Positions 39,406-53,500 of a DNA stretch of 64,000 bases are shown piece by piece; within the stretch, counting starts at the first letter, position 1; every line of letters starts with the position of its first letter. The DNA comes from Balanoglossus misakiensis. Taxonomy: Eukaryota; Animalia; Hemichordata. Location: NCBI GenBank assembly GCA_040954595.2, contig CM082597.2:7708343-7772342 (forward strand). Reading direction: 5' to 3'. The translations under genes were made by a program, and so were the position numbers. Below the pieces are notes generated by a model. The model saw only the letters and a list, made by a program, of their open reading frames with translations, was not told the DNA's origin and searched no databases.

Positions 39406-39702
39406 CTATTTTTTGTATACTTAGGTCTGGTTCCTGCAAGTAAGGTAATTCTACCAGGCTTCCATTGACACTTACTGTCAAATCTGGCATAAGGTTGATC
39501 ACCCAATCAACTAGTCTGATTTGAATGACTTGTGTCCAGGCAACACCATAGGTACTATTGCCATCATTCTGAACTATAATCTTAAAGTTATTCTGATAAC
39601 AATCTTGTAATAAGACATAGGTACATGTCCCTTGGAAGGAGAAGAATTTCCCATCATATGTCCGGTAATGAGGATCTCCAAATACAATACACGAGGCAGA
39701 TT
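39406..39702 (-). pseudogene. KCP: KCP-like exon, VWD domain start
   Basis: SASCIVFGDPHYRTYDGKFFSFQGTCTYVLLQDC...; 297 nt. Confidence 0.92.
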
Positions 39703-40394
39703 CTGTAAAAAGACGGAATGCAAAAAGACTTAAAGGCATACGCCCATATATGGCTGAAATGGCGTATTTGAGCGTTCTATAGAACACATGGTGGCACTCT
39801 TTTTTACGCGTGTGCCACCCACTGAAAATATGTGATTGGTAGCTAGTCCTCAATTTGCCATGGTAACTATTGCTGATTTTCCATAGGTGACTGTATACCT
39901 TTGAGAGTGTCTACTGAAGAATGTTGCTATGATCGCAGCATTGTAACAACAGACGTCAAATGTTACCAACAATTTGTAAACAAATGATATTCAAAGAATG
40001 CTTATTATTTACGTAACACATTCTGGACAGTTTTGAGGTCCCAGAATCACATTCTGTGTCTCTATTTGACTACTCTTTCTGATTGCTCACATTTGATGAT
40101 TTGAAGGACTTCCAAAGGCAATCTGGCTGGTGTTGTTTCACATAACAATTTCTTATATCTCTTGCATTTTGTAAACAAGTCCAAATCCTTAGACTGTTGC
40201 TCCCCGTTGAAATGTAGTTTTATCGACTTTGGTAACATTTCCTGGGTTTATGACACATTATGATCACATTATGTCTAAACATGGTATAGTATGCACCCAG
40301 ACATAAGTGACACACGTCAGCCTCCACTATGTTTTCGTGTAAACTTGGCTGTCAGTTTTTAATAACCTCATAATATATTGATAATTAGACTCAC

Positions 40395-40446
40395 TTGGAA
40401 CACATTTCTGGCAGCATTCGCCATCAATATGGCCGATCTCTTCTTC
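40395..40446 (-). pseudogene. KCP: KCP-like exon, VWC end
   Basis: EEEIGHIDGECCQKCVP; phase 0-1. Confidence 0.8.
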
Positions 40447-40789
40447 CTGGAAATATAAACAACAAATGAATTATTACCACAGTAAATACAAATTGTATAT
40501 CCACTGAGAAGACACACAATAAAACATCTATAGCACAGTGTCTTCAAATTTTTAATACAGAGAAACCTGTCTATTAAGGGCTATCTTGAAAAACCAAATA
40601 ATGAGAAATTCTTTAATATCTTTTATGAAGTAGGCCAAGAAACTCAGTTCATACCCAAAACAACAAATCCAGAAAACAGCACAAAGTTAGAGTTACTGGA
40701 TCTTTAAACTAGTGTTCTCAGGCCCATAAAGTAAAAAATGCAAAACTGTAATGTCTGACCATACACTCCTGGATTCATGACAACCTTAC

Positions 40790-40888
40790 CGCTGAGCAAG
40801 TCAAAGGTTGACAGACTTCTTGAACGCAGCTCTCTTTACCATTGAAGCAATCACAGATGTCGCACCCCACATGCCAAGTTTCACCAGA
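40790..40888 (-). pseudogene. KCP: KCP-like exon, VWC
   Basis: SGETWHVGCDICDCFNGKESCVQEVCQPLTCSA; 99 nt. Confidence 0.85.
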
Positions 40889-41528
40889 CTGAAAAGTGAA
40901 AGTTCAAATTTTGCTGGAAACCCGGTATGCAGATCGTGTGTGTATAATTGGTCTGTCATATTTAACCCTAATGCTACTGGGTGTCATACCTGTTCAGAGT
41001 CTCAAGTCCCTTAAATAAAATACGTATTTGCCATTTTATCTTCTGTAACGTATTTTGACTGTCTTGACATGGCTCTCATACCTACCTAGATACACTTGGT
41101 AGTCTGAACCTCCCAGAAAATGAACCAAATTGCACTGGTTTGTACTGTATTGGTCTGAGGGTCTTGGATAGGCCCTACTGATTAACACGCACTTGGCAGT
41201 CTAACAGGCCTGGGAGCCAGGATTCTAGGCACCTTTCAACTGACTTGGCAGCGTTAGTGTTAATTTACATTTCATTATACATTTGCTGTGCTACACTTAT
41301 GACCATTCTCTTTACCTCTTTCGTATTTCCACTTGTTTTTTTTGCAGATTACTTGCATGATAATGTGTACCAAACAAATAAAAAGAGGTGTATGCCACTT
41401 GGTGCAAAGACTGGCATAAATTGCTGGTGAGCTAACACCAATGGCACAGCTCGTCTTGCATTGTGAAGTCTCAGCAGAATCCATTTTTTCAGAAAATTTA
41501 TCATATATCTTAGAAATTAAATTGTTAC

Positions 41529-41666
41529 CTGATATCTCCTGCCTTTGTACATACAATACGATTCCACAGTAGATCTTGGACAGCAGCTGCCATCTGGTAA
41601 AATCTGGTTTTCTAAATCACAGTTGATTTGTTCACAATTGGGTCTTTCACAGGTTACCTCTCCATC
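41529..41666 (-). pseudogene. KCP: KCP-like exon, VWC
   Basis: DGEVTCERPNCEQINC...GSCCPRSTVESYCMYKGRRYQ. Confidence 0.85.
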
Positions 41667-42299
41667 CTTAACAGAAATTCAGAAAACATTGTATGACATT
41701 AAGCAGATCGATGGAGAGGATAAAATATTTTCAACAATCCATACAGTGAATGTACCGGAAAAATAGCAACATTATTCAACAAGTTATACAAGTTATGTGA
41801 AAATGTTGCATCACACTTTGATAGAGAAAATGTGCCATTCAAAGTGTCTGCTTGCAGGTACTGAACCAATTTCAGAATTTTTGATCAATTTTCAGAATTT
41901 CTTTTTAATCTTAGGTTTCCTTCAACAGACATAAGTGTTTCCATCACCTAGATGTTTTCAAAAAGAGTAAGTATTATTTTTGAAAGGTGGAATTCCGAAA
42001 TTACTGTAAAACATGTTATTTTCGTGAGCAATAAATTTTTCGCGAAATACGCGAGAACCAAAATAGCGTGAAAATAAAAAGTCGCATAAATTTTTTTGAA
42101 GATAATGATGCAGTGAATGAAATAAGAGAACGCGAAAATTAATACTAGCGAAACAGTGGCCTCTCTCGATATCGCGAAAATTTCAACTCGCAAAAATAAA
42201 GTGTTTTACAGTAGTTTGGAACACGGTTTATAATAATAAACTATACGCAACAAACATTAGAGGTTCACCAGAAGACAAGGTGTTAGATCAGAAACTTAC

Positions 42300-42391
42300 C
42301 AGACATGTGCAAAGGCTGCAAGGATCAGCCAATTGAACAAACTGTTCACCAGTTTTGTAAATCTGATTCTCAAAGCTACATTCCAAAGGAC
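42300..42391 (-). pseudogene. KCP: KCP-like exon, VWC first half
   Basis: PLECSFENQIYKTGEQFVQLADPCSLCTCL. Confidence 0.87.
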
Positions 42392-42479
42392 CTGTAAATG
42401 GAACATGACAACTGGTGGTATTATCTAGAGGAAGTGGAAAGTCACTGACTTCTGAAATGTTCTGAATACTAGTACTCTC

Positions 42480-42953
42480 TTAAAAGTGGACTGCCTTCCC
42501 TTCCTTCCATATTTCATGCGCACCGTATAAGTAGATTTTGGTTTTGTCCCTCCTTTTCACCCAAGCTAGTGTCTTTTCCTGATCTCCGACACAGATTATG
42601 GTCGCCGTCATCTTATGTGTTGTTAGGACAGAGCACTGCCTTATGGGATTGACTGTTCACTAAATGTCTGTAACCAGCGGCTACAGCTGGAACATGCGTG
42701 TGAGACGAGCTAGGCGCTTTGAAGTGCAGTGATCATCTTATGCTCGTGTGCCAAACCAGAGACTCTGGTTACAAAAAGTGTATACAGTCATTGCCATAAG
42801 ACAGTGTGCTGTCCTGACAACAGACAAGATGGCGGCCACCATAATCTGTGACTAATTGGGAAAAAACAGCAAATTTGGCGCAGAGAAGGGACAAAACTAA
42901 AGTCTGGGTGCACATAAAATATGGAAGGAAGCGAAGGCAGTCCACTATTTGAA
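42480..42953. mobile_element. Palindromic MITE (AGTGGACTGCCTT TIR); half copy at about 58730-58945
   Basis: Long imperfect inverted arms; TTAA on the left flank. Confidence 0.72.
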
Positions 42954-43179
42954 TGTATTGAACGCAAACTTTGCAGAATACTTGGATTGGATGCAATGTT
43001 TATATTAAATTGCGCACATGTGCAGAAGACGATCGTTGGCCATTAACAGTTGTCACTGTGAGCAATAAATTGTATAAAGGAATACATATGCTCACTTATA
43101 TTGAATCTTTTTGTGTTGTAAAAAGTTAACACTGACACATATTGCATACATAAAATGACATACATAAAACATACATAAA

Positions 43180-43199
43180 ACATACATACATACATACAT

Positions 43200-43242
<43 letters not shown>

Positions 43243-43385
43243 TACATACATACATACATACATACATACATACATACATACATACATACATACATACATA
43301 CATACATACATACATACATACATACATACATACATACATACATACAGACAGACAGACAGACAGTCAGACAGACAGACATACAGAC
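43180..43385 (+). repeat. (TACA)n/(CAGA)n microsatellite
   Basis: Direct inspection; intronic. Confidence 0.92.
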
Positions 43386-43453
43386 GCAACCGATCCCATA
43401 AGGGCCCACTGGTATATATATACATATAAACCAAATGGGACCTAAAAACTTAC

Positions 43454-43553
43454 TTGCACAGCGTGGACAGCATTCACCTGCATCACGTAGGATTCTATCT
43501 TCGTTACATTCTAACTCAGGACACAATTTGACATCACATGAAACATGACCATC
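43454..43553 (-). pseudogene. KCP: KCP-like exon, VWC second half
   Basis: DGHVSCDVKLCPELECNEDRILRDAGECCPRCA. Confidence 0.88.
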
Positions 43554-43790
43554 CTGACAGAAAATACACACAGAGACAATAAGACAACAACTCATATGGT
43601 TACCAATTGATCATACACTTGTTAAAATTCACACAAAAACATATTTATCAACATCAGTAAAAATTGAACAATGAATGCTGGACCGTTTTTCCAATTCACC
43701 ACTTTTGATTTCGATTGACACTTTTTTAAATCAAAGTATTTTATTATCTTTGCAACAGTTTTGTGGATGTCTAACTGCAGGGAGATCTAA

Positions 43791-44337
43791 GGCTGCATTC
43801 ACAAACACCTCTGGAGGGGGGGGGGGGCAGGAGACTTGCCCCACCCCATGATAACTTTGAGCGGCGACGGTTAAATTTGTCCTCCCCAACATACCGGTAG
43901 TTTAGTTAATTAGCTTTTGCCGGGTTCATTAAAATGCAGCTTTGAGCTCTGTATTTCATAAAATTTTCTTACGTCGGAGGGGGACACCCCCTCCCAAACC
44001 CACCCCCTTCAATTCTCGGTTTACAATGTCTCCCAACACAGAATACAGATACTTACAAAATAAAAACAATGTTCAGTTTTTATACCCACTGATGAGGGGA
44101 AACATCAGTTTCAAATTCTTTTCATGGGAGCGCTGTTTTTCTTTTTTACAAGATAGATAGGTGATGTGTTTTGCTCTGTGAAAGAAAATGGGGGGGATGG
44201 GGATTTCAAAATTTTGGCAGTTCGGAAGGGGGGATTTGAAAATATTTCGGACTGTGTAGGGGGGCATGTGAAAATTAGCGGTAAAAAAAATTGAATTCTC
44301 CCGCCCCCCCCCTCCAGAGGTCTTTGTGAATGCAGCC
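43791..44337. mobile_element. PIF/Harbinger-like MITE
   Basis: TIR GGCTGCATTCACAAA.ACCTCTGGAGGGG flanked by a TAA duplication on both sides. Confidence 0.82.
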
Positions 44338-44470
44338 TAACTTCAACCCTTCCACCACCATGATTAAGTCCAAATCCATTGTTTTCTACGGTAAAGTTGG
44401 ACTTCCAAAGAGGGAAATGGGGTGAAAGGTTAAAATACATGTAAAACTTGCATCTGGGTTATTCACTTAC

Positions 44471-44571
44471 CATACACATACATGATGTGCAAGGATTGAG
44501 TTTAAATTCTGTGCCATTCTGATATACAATGCCTGTTGTATTACTCTCACAAACTCTTTCCAAAGGCTCTC
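44471..44571 (-). pseudogene. KCP: KCP-like exon, VWC first half
   Basis: ERVCESNTTGIVYQNGTEFKLNPCTSCMCM. Confidence 0.85.
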
Positions 44572-44965
44572 CTATATAGGATAAAGAAAACATTATACGA
44601 CACACATATTCACAAGAGAGCATGATTGATGTGAGGTCACATGAGTCTCAAAGCCAATCAGAGTGTACAACATTCAGACCATTCATCTCATGGTTCATTT
44701 CCAGGAAATGCAAGTTTTTTTTCAATAGTTTTCCAGGGCTTTCAGTAAAAAAATTCAATTTTCTGAATTTTTTTCATTAGTTTTCTATGACTTTTGAAGC
44801 CAAAACTGACATTTCCTGAGAGTGATTATGCAGATCTTGTGTCAAAAACATCAACAATATTCCGGGACTTTCAGGAATGAATTTCATTTTTATATTTCTG
44901 TCTCTTCAACAAGTGCATAAACTTTGTCAATATTGTCAGAAAAGAATTGTTTAAAAAACACTGAC

Positions 44966-45065
44966 CTGTACATGTTGGGCAACATGCAGAGTGTTCTACT
45001 GTGACTCTCTCTGGAGGACAATTCAGTGTTGGACAGAGAATTGGTAGACACAGCAATATTCCTTC
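44966..45065 (-). pseudogene. KCP: KCP-like exon, VWC second half
   Basis: EGILLCLPILCPTLNCPPERVTVEHSACCPTCT. Confidence 0.85.
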
Positions 45066-45965
45066 CTGTAACCACAAGTTATATGATTCAATCTGTGTAT
45101 ATGCACAACTCTGGCCGCCTTACATAGGTTTTCACTTTGCGCTAGGGGGTCAAAACACATTGCATTCTGGGCAAAAAGTCGACAACCCACTTTAGTAAGA
45201 GATAGAAGAAATGATATGTTTACTGTATTTCATGACTTCCTTTGGTCAAACATGTCTGTCTTTGTAGTTACCGCATTAAACTCATTAAACTTTTTTCACA
45301 TTTTGTTATTTTTTCTGTTAAAAAGTTTCAGAGTGACCTATCATCACTTGAGCTTATGAACTCCCATTTCTTTTACATGGCAAAAATCGGCCATCTTGAA
45401 ATTGTGTCGACCATATGAGACTTTCATCACTCAGTTAGGTAACTTAAAACCTATTTAAGGTAGGGAGAATTATCATACACTGGCATCATGTTCCCATTCA
45501 ACTTCATGCGAAAGAGAGCCCTCACATCCATGCATTTTTTATGTATCATACACGGCCTGGCTGCCCAATTAAGATCACTGCCATGCATTTCTGAACTGTT
45601 TTTGTTCTTGTGGTACACACTTTGCTATCCTTAAATAATTCTTATGAAAACACACCAGAATGAGATTTTAACCTGTTTTTTTCAGTGCTTTGATCGTAGC
45701 ACAGAGTAAAAAGCTCGCAAGAAATTCATTGTCTCTTCAAAGCTGATACAATTATTTTACATCTTTATATCCTTTTTGTTCATGATGAATCTCCTGTCTA
45801 TGGTTAATGGAACAAAAATTGTCATTTGTTGAATATAAATTAGTTGTTGTTTCATCTGTAGTTTAATGCTCTGTTTCCTTGACCTCACAAATTAAAGTTG
45901 TCATTATAAATATTGTATACATGTTGGTTGTAATTAGAATTCGCTCATTAAGATGTCCATCTTAC

Positions 45966-46139
45966 CGAACACTGGCATTCCAAACATTGGTCGTCATCTG
46001 GTTTAAAAATAGCACCTTCCTTATAAGTGACACCTCTGAATTCACAACCAATACATGCTTGACAACACTGGTTTGGAACTCGCACTGGGTTCTCACATGG
46101 TGCTGGACATGTGACAGTTGTACAGGAGATGTCTTGGTC
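45966..46139 (-). pseudogene. KCP: KCP-like exon, VWC/VWC
   Basis: DQDISCTTVTCPAPCENPVRVPNQCCQACIGCEFRGVTYKEGAIFKPDDDQCLECQCS. Confidence 0.9.
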
Positions 46140-46899
46140 CTGTCAACACAAGAAACAAAAACGTCCAAGTTACAAACAAGAGAAGTACTGTGAAACACTT
46201 TATTTCTGCGAGTTGAAATTTTCGCGATATTGAAAGCTGCCACTGTTTTGCGAGTATTAATTTTCACGTTCTCTTATTTATATTCACTGCATTGTTATCT
46301 TCAAAACATATTTACGCTACTTTTTATTTTCACGTTATTTTGGCTCTCGCGTATGTCGCGAAAATGTATTGCTCGCAAAAATAAAGTGTTTTACAGTATG
46401 TAAACTACACTAGCTACACAAGATAACATAATTGATACACAGATTAAAAATAATTAAATAAATAACCAAAAGTACAGATCTACAAATCTAATTACTGAGA
46501 TATATGACAAGAAGCAAAGATCCACAAAACATGAAAGCTCATCAGAATAGCAGAATGTGACACTGTACACAGTGTTGCTGCACAGAAAAGTCTTGGCATG
46601 AACACACTGCATGTGCTTATCACCCTCAAAGCCAAAAGTGCTCTGCATGTGCTTATAACAATCAAAGCCAAAAGTGCTCTAACACAAGATATATTCTTCA
46701 TTCAAGGGACAAAGTCTCTCTTCTTCCCCATTTTCCATTAATTATGTTTGATACAAGACACTGTTTATGTTTTTCTACATGTGGGTATATAGTGAATCAA
46801 CGTTCAATCACATACACCTGCCATCAAACATAATTAATTGGAAAGGGGCAGCGAGAGAGAGACTTTGTCCCTTTAAATCCACCAATCAAAGTAACTTAC

Positions 46900-46985
46900 A
46901 TCACATATACATGTTGTACAGGGATCATCTTGAAGAGTCCACATGTCGCCATGGTGATACGTTGTACCAACAATTACCTGACAGT
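46900..46985 (-). pseudogene. KCP: KCP-like exon, VWC first half
   Basis: DCQVIVGTTYHHGDMWTLQDDPCTTCICD. Confidence 0.85.
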
Positions 46986-47341
46986 CTAAACAAAGAGACA
47001 AAGAAGACATTTTATACAGCGCTATGTCACTCTGGTTGAAGACATGATGAAATGGAATACCATTATCTGGGTGTTCAAATTATATAGAATTCTTCTGTTT
47101 TGCGGTATTAAAATTGTTTTTATTTTGTCATTTTTATGATCAATATACTGGTATTGTGTAAAATTCGATTGATTCATTCATTGGTGTGTGCTTTGTCTAC
47201 AGCCTGTGCACTTACACAGCATCTGATAATTCATACAGGAAAGATCACAACAAGTGATGACTCATAGAGGAGAGATCACAACAAGTGATGACTCATAGAG
47301 GAAGCACAGCATGTGATGACTCATCCAATATGTCCACTTAC

Positions 47342-47435
47342 CTAGACATTTAGGACAGCACTGCCCTGGTACACTTGCAAAATTTGAACATGTTGTGGCT
47401 TCACACACTGTTAAATTACAAGTCACAGTACCATC
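47342..47435 (-). pseudogene. KCP: KCP-like exon, VWC second half
   Basis: DGTVTCNLTVCEATTCSNFASVPGQCCPKCL. Confidence 0.88.
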
Positions 47436-47688
47436 CTGTAAATACAAATTATTTAATGGGTTATCAATATAGAAATTATGGACGACGCCCTGACCATTGA
47501 TACTATAAATAGTAATTTAAGGAATGTATGTGTGCACCAATGTTCATGATGCATGTGGACTACGCGTATTAGCGGAACATTTTTGTTTTGGTTATGAGGT
47601 CTCTATGTATGATTTTAAGTCTGTATGCATTTTTCCATGGCTTATGCGTACATGAGTGTCTTAACTCTGTGCAGTGATGAGAACTTAC

Positions 47689-47865
47689 CAGACATAGACA
47701 GGATCTACACACATCACCAAGAGGGTTGAAGCGATCACCATCAGCATACAAGATATTATTGTATTCACACAGACTACAGTCTGGACAGCAATCAGAAGCT
47801 GTGTACAGTCCATGCTCACGTGTTACTGGACACTCTAATTCTGTACAGGTAATCTTGGAATCAGG
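47689..47865 (-). pseudogene. KCP: KCP-like exon, VWC/VWC
   Basis: PDSKITCTELECPVTREHG...DCCPDCSLCEYNNILYADGDRFNPLGDVCRSCLCL. Confidence 0.88.
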
Positions 47866-48380
47866 CTGAAAGAGGAACGATAATCCAATTCATATCAGTT
47901 AGCCATACCGCCTTTTCCAAAACATAGTGACGTACAGGTTCTTAATCAAATTCTATTTTGGTTTCGTTAAAAGTCCTTAAAATAATGTTATGTAGTAGTT
48001 GTGTATTTTGCTGCCTTCATGGCAAGTCGATCGAGATCAAATCATCTGGAAAACAGCAAAACGATGGCTCTGTTTCTGGGACTGTCTGTAGCACTTTGGC
48101 TGAAATAGAAGCTTATTTATTTATGTTTACTTTTACAGTGGATTATATTTACTGACAAGTTTAGTTACAGAAATAAATGTGTTTTTAATTTGACAACTAT
48201 TGTTATTTTCACTGTCACCCATTCTCGGTTTGGTTTGATTAGAAGCATCACAGTAATGAAATAAAAGGAATCTCTGATCAACATTCAACAATTAAATTTC
48301 AACGGGTGGGGAGGGGGGGGGAGGTTGTAGCAAAACTGAAAGACTGAATTTTTTTATCAGACATTGAACTTTTGACATAC

Positions 48381-48469
48381 CTGACAGGTACATTGCAGAC
48401 ACAGGTCAAATTCTGTACACATTTGTCCAGGTTGATACTCTGTACCATCGCCTGTCACACATACAGGAT
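48381..48469 (-). pseudogene. KCP: KCP-like exon, VWC first half
   Basis: PVCVTGDGTEYQPGQMCTEFDLCLQCTCQ. Confidence 0.83.
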
Positions 48470-48711
48470 CTACAAATAAAGTTCAAGTACACATTGTTGA
48501 GATGGAAATTGTTACATTCTCATGCAGTCCACTGAAAGGATCCAGTTTGTAACCCATTGCATGGATTGGTTACGCAAAGTGCCCTCATACATGTATGACA
48601 AAATTCAATCTAGATTAGTTTTTCCTTCGTTGAACTTGAGGATTATTTAATCTCAGAAAAATCTAAAACATAACTCTTGATTTTAAGATCTTGTATCTGA
48701 TATTTCCTTAC

Positions 48712-48811
48712 TTTCTTGACACACTGGACAGCAACTATCTTCTACAATGATGGGGTTGTCACATTCCAGTATTGGGCAAATTTCCATGTTACCACATGTT
48801 ACATTCCCAAA
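48712..48811 (-). pseudogene. KCP: KCP-like exon, VWC second half
   Basis: FGNVTCGNMEICPILECDNPIIVEDSCCPVCQE. Confidence 0.87.
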
Positions 48812-49843
48812 CTATGCAGACAAGGAGAGACATCAGTTTAGTGTGGAAGAGATAGCATGGGTGCATGGGTGGAGGGGAGGGATGGATTAGGCAAGGTGGA
48901 ACTGAGAGGGGGCAGAGGGTGAGGATGTCTTGGGCAGTTCAATAACAGTAACATACGATCTGTCAAATTATAAAATGGAATTACAGACTTAGGGACTTTA
49001 CCTTCTGTTGATATAACAATTCAAAGAAAATTGATCACAAATTACATTGGAATTATTTACTTTCATTTATTGTTTGAGCAATCATGTCCTCTGTCACTGT
49101 TGCAAATAAGTAGACGTGACATAGAGACCAACACATAGCCTGGCCAATCCATGTCTTTGTCAGAAACACTTTCACTGATGTCATACTCAGGTTTGTATGT
49201 GTGTCCAATGATACACTTGTTGTTTGTGGAATTCTCCATGTCAAGTTACAGAAAGTTTGTTTCTTTAGTAATTTGTGTGTGCAGTGTGTAAACCTTGTTA
49301 ACAGGTCTGCCTTGGAACGTTGACCAACTGGCAGATCAATTTGAGCACTAGGCTCGTACATCACTTCTGTCGACACACAGATAGGTTATAAAAGGTACCA
49401 TGGCAACAAAAGTGATATAACAAAGTCACATTCCACTTTCAGTTCTTCATAAATATTATACTGATTAACACCCTATCCATAGGAAACTTTTCCTTTTAAT
49501 TCAATCTAGGTCTTTTCTTAATGGAAAAATATCTATGACTTTCAGTATTTGGATAATTTTCTCAGATTAAATCACTAGATAAAATTATTTTATTAATTTA
49601 CTGTACAAAGACAAGTTATGCAGCCATCTTTGATTGTGTTCATATTCCGTATATATTGACCATCATACAGACAATCTGCAGAGAATTAATAACATAGTGA
49701 TCACATTTCGTGTAAAAAATCCATTCTGGTCAATCAGATTTCAGTTAAGGAGAGCATTACTAAAACAGAAGATATTCATAACCATTTGCCAAGTAAATGT
49801 TTTCAAGAGGTTTGAGAAACTGCTATGCAGCCATGCACAGCCA

Positions 49844-50485
49844 TGTCACGGTTGTCGCCGTTCATTCCAACATATTCACACCAAACAGGTTACGGGTAAC
49901 AAAGACATAGGCCTTACATTTAATAACTGAAATGGAACAAATACATGTCAGTTCCAACGTGTGTGGCCGGTCTGGCTACAGAGGTGAACTGCTAAATTAC
50001 ACACATGTATGGGAGTTCACCTCCAACAGAATACACCAAAATTCATGCAAGTGAAAAATATAGACATACAATTGGAAAATTGACGCAAGTTAAAGACACC
50101 AATTACTTGTGCTGAAATGAGTCGGTAGAATGCACCAAAATACAAAGCTTCAAGCAACAGGTAAGGTACAAGGAAACTAACCTGAAATGGAACAAATACA
50201 TGTCAGTTCCAACGTGTGTGGCCGGTCTGGCTACAGAGGTGAACTGACCAATTTTATGCACCATGTCCTTTTATATCAGCAATTACATCATAGTGCCAGA
50301 TTAGCTTGTGTTCATTGGTCAAATGAAACTTCCAGGTGGTTTGCATATAATTAAGATCAACCAATTGAAGGTAAGTACTATTACGTCATATGAATAATTG
50401 AATAACTAATTACTACAAGATACAGGTATAACATACATACAGATATACATGTATACAAATTCAATGGATCAACAAGGCCGTTACA
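49844..50485 (-). repeat. 3' LTR
   Basis: Appears identical by eye to 57270-57911; internal ~65-bp direct repeat (about 49927-49990 and 50182-50246); purine-rich GCAGGGGTGCA directly upstream on the minus strand. Confidence 0.95.
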
Positions 50486-50544
50486 TGCACCCCTGCGAGG
50501 AGAAATGGCGTCCTCGTCATTTAAAGTAAGTTAAAGATATTTGA

Positions 50545-53500
50545 TTAATAGTGGCAATTAATAAATGGTATAGAAGATAAAGTCGTATGAGCAAACTGTT
50601 TTAGATTCCATTGTTCGGGACTATATCTATCTGGAGGTCGTCTCTGTCGTGTAGGATAGCGTGGTTCAGGTTGAGTACTACTACTGGAGTCAGGACTGAT
50701 GTTGGTTGTAGCAGGAGTGATACCATCTGGATCGCTCGATGACCAACCATCCGTACTTTGCAAAATATGATTCGAGAAATCTGAGGTAAGTACTTGAGAA
50801 GGTCCATCCGGATTAACCATACTTGTGGGGTTGTCCATCAGGGAACTTTCTCTTCTGGATGGGATGAATTCTGCAGCAGTAGGATTAAGAGCATTGTGTT
50901 CTGTTGGCAAGTTGATAGTTGACACGAATTGCAATTTACCAATGCCGTCATCCTCTTCGTCCACTGCATCCTGGGTAGCATCGTTGATAACACCCGGTAC
51001 ACTCTGCTTAACATCACGCTGCGTCATCTTGGTGTTAACATCGTCATCCAGTTCGTCCGGAATTATTGGTATTGGGAGTAGCAAATTTCTATGTAGTGTC
51101 CGCTTCCTTCCACCCTTAACTTGTTTTTGTACCACGTATACTGGAATGTCTTCTATGGGCTGTGAAATCACTGTATATGGATCCTTTTCCCATTGGTCTG
51201 CCAATTTGTAATTGTCTTCAGGTCCTGTATTCTTCACCAACACAGTATCACCAGGTTGTATTATGGCCACCTTCACTTTTCTATCATATGACTTCTTCTG
51301 CCGTTCACCAGACTTAACAGACCGTTCCGTTGCTACTTTATAGGCGTAATCCAACCGTTCGGCAAGTTTCGTCACATAATCTGAAACTGTTCCACCATAT
51401 TCTAGGTTGGTCTGGTCTGCATGTCCGGATACATCTATAGGCAGTCTTGGTTCACGACCAAACATCAAAAAGAAAGGTGAATATCCGGTGCTTTCATGCT
51501 TTGTAGAATTATAGGCATGAACCATCGTATTGACATGTGAAGCCCATCTTGTTTTGTTGTCTTCATTCATAGTTCCAAGCATCTGTAATAACGTCTTATT
51601 AAATCGTTCGCACATTCCATTTCCCTGGGGGTGGTATGGAGTGGTCCTGGACTTCTTAATATTTGCTATTCGGCAAAGTTCCTGAATTGTAGACGACTCA
51701 AAGTTTCGCCCCTGGTCACTGTGTAATCGTCCTGGGAACCCATAATGCAAAATCAAATGTTCAAACAATGCTTTGGCAGTTGTTTTGGCAGACTGGTTCT
51801 TTGTAGGTACTGCTATAGCGTATCGAGTGAAATGGTCCGTCATCACTAATATGTTGCTATATCCTTGATCTGGTGTTGGTATATGGAGAAAGTCGATGCA
51901 CACCATTTCCATCGGTTGTGATGTGTGAATATTAACCAAGGGAGTTCTGGGTAAGGAAGTTGAACTTTTCCTGCGAATGCATGGTAAACAATGTTCCACT
52001 TTCTTTTGAACATCCATCGACATCCTAGGCCAGTAGAATCTTCGTCGTACCAGATCCAGGGTTTTATCTTGGCCAAAGTGTCCAAGTTTATCATGTAGTT
52101 CCTCCAGGACATCTTTTCTATGGTGTACTGGTAAGACAAGTTGCAAATATTGTATATCATCGATGAAGCATTTCCTGTATAGGACTCCATTCTTCAGAAC
52201 AAGGCGTTTCCAATCTCGTATAAGTAGTCTGATATCTCCTGTATGATCTCTCATAAGTGGTTTGTGGTCCTTTTCAAACTGATCAGTCACATACCATATT
52301 GTTGAATCTTTGGACTGCTCCGTCTTCCAGAATACATCATCCCCACCTTGAACTACTGCAGGTCTGTCCTCATCTGCTACCATTCCGAATGAAGTTACGT
52401 ATGGACCTTCTGTTGCTCGACAAAGCGCCTGGACTACATCGGCTCCCAGATTGGTTTCCGTCTCTGGATTCTCTCTATTCCATGGAATCCTAGACAAAGC
52501 GTCAGCCTCTATATTCTTCTTACCACTCCGGTAAACAATAGAGAAGTCGTACAATGACAAGTCTGACAACCATCTGTGTCCCACCGCATCCAGTTTCGCA
52601 GAAGTTAACACATACGTCAAAGGGTTGTTGTCTGTAAACACAGTGAATTTGCTTCCATACAGGTAGTCGTTGAACTTCTTGGTGACGGCCCATTTCAGTG
52701 CCAAAAATTCTAATTTATGAGCTGGATAATTACTTTCAGACTTGGTGAGTCCTCTACTTGCATAGGCAATTACTCTGAGAATACCTTTCTGGCGTTGATA
52801 CAGCACTGCTCCCAGACCTGTGGAACTTGCATCAGTATGTATTTCAAATGGAAGTGAGTAGTCAGCAAAGGCTAGTATTGGTGACGACATTAGGCTCTTC
52901 CTCAGAGTGTCGAAAGCTTGTTGTTCCTGTTGTCCCCACTGGAGTTTTTCAAATTTTCCCGCCTTATTCCTTGACTGACGTCCACACAGCAAGTCGTTAA
53001 GTGGCTTGGCAATATTACTGTAGCTTTGGATAAATCTCCTGTAATACCCTGCAAATCCAAGAAATCTTCTCAGTTCTGTTACAGTAGTGGGTATTGGCCA
53101 TTCCTTCAGAGCTGCTACCTTGTCTGGGTCCGTTGTAATTCCGTCGGCTGATACCACGTGTCCAAGATATTTCACCTTCTTCTGGAATAAAACACATTTC
53201 GTTGCCTTCAACTTTAATCCATGTGATGCCAGCCGCTTGAATACCCGCTCCAATCTATTGAGGTGGTCTTCAAAAGTCTTCGAAAATACTATGATGTCAT
53301 CTAAATACACACAACATTCTCTGAACGCCAATTCTCCAAAACACTTCTCCATGAGACGCTGGAAAGTTGCAGGTGCGTTGGTCAGACCCATAGACATACG
53401 GTTGAATTCAAATAAGCCGAAGTTTCCCACCGTGAAAGCTGTCTTTGCTTTGTCGTCTTCCGCCATCTCTACTTGGTAATATCCAGACCGTAGATCAAGC

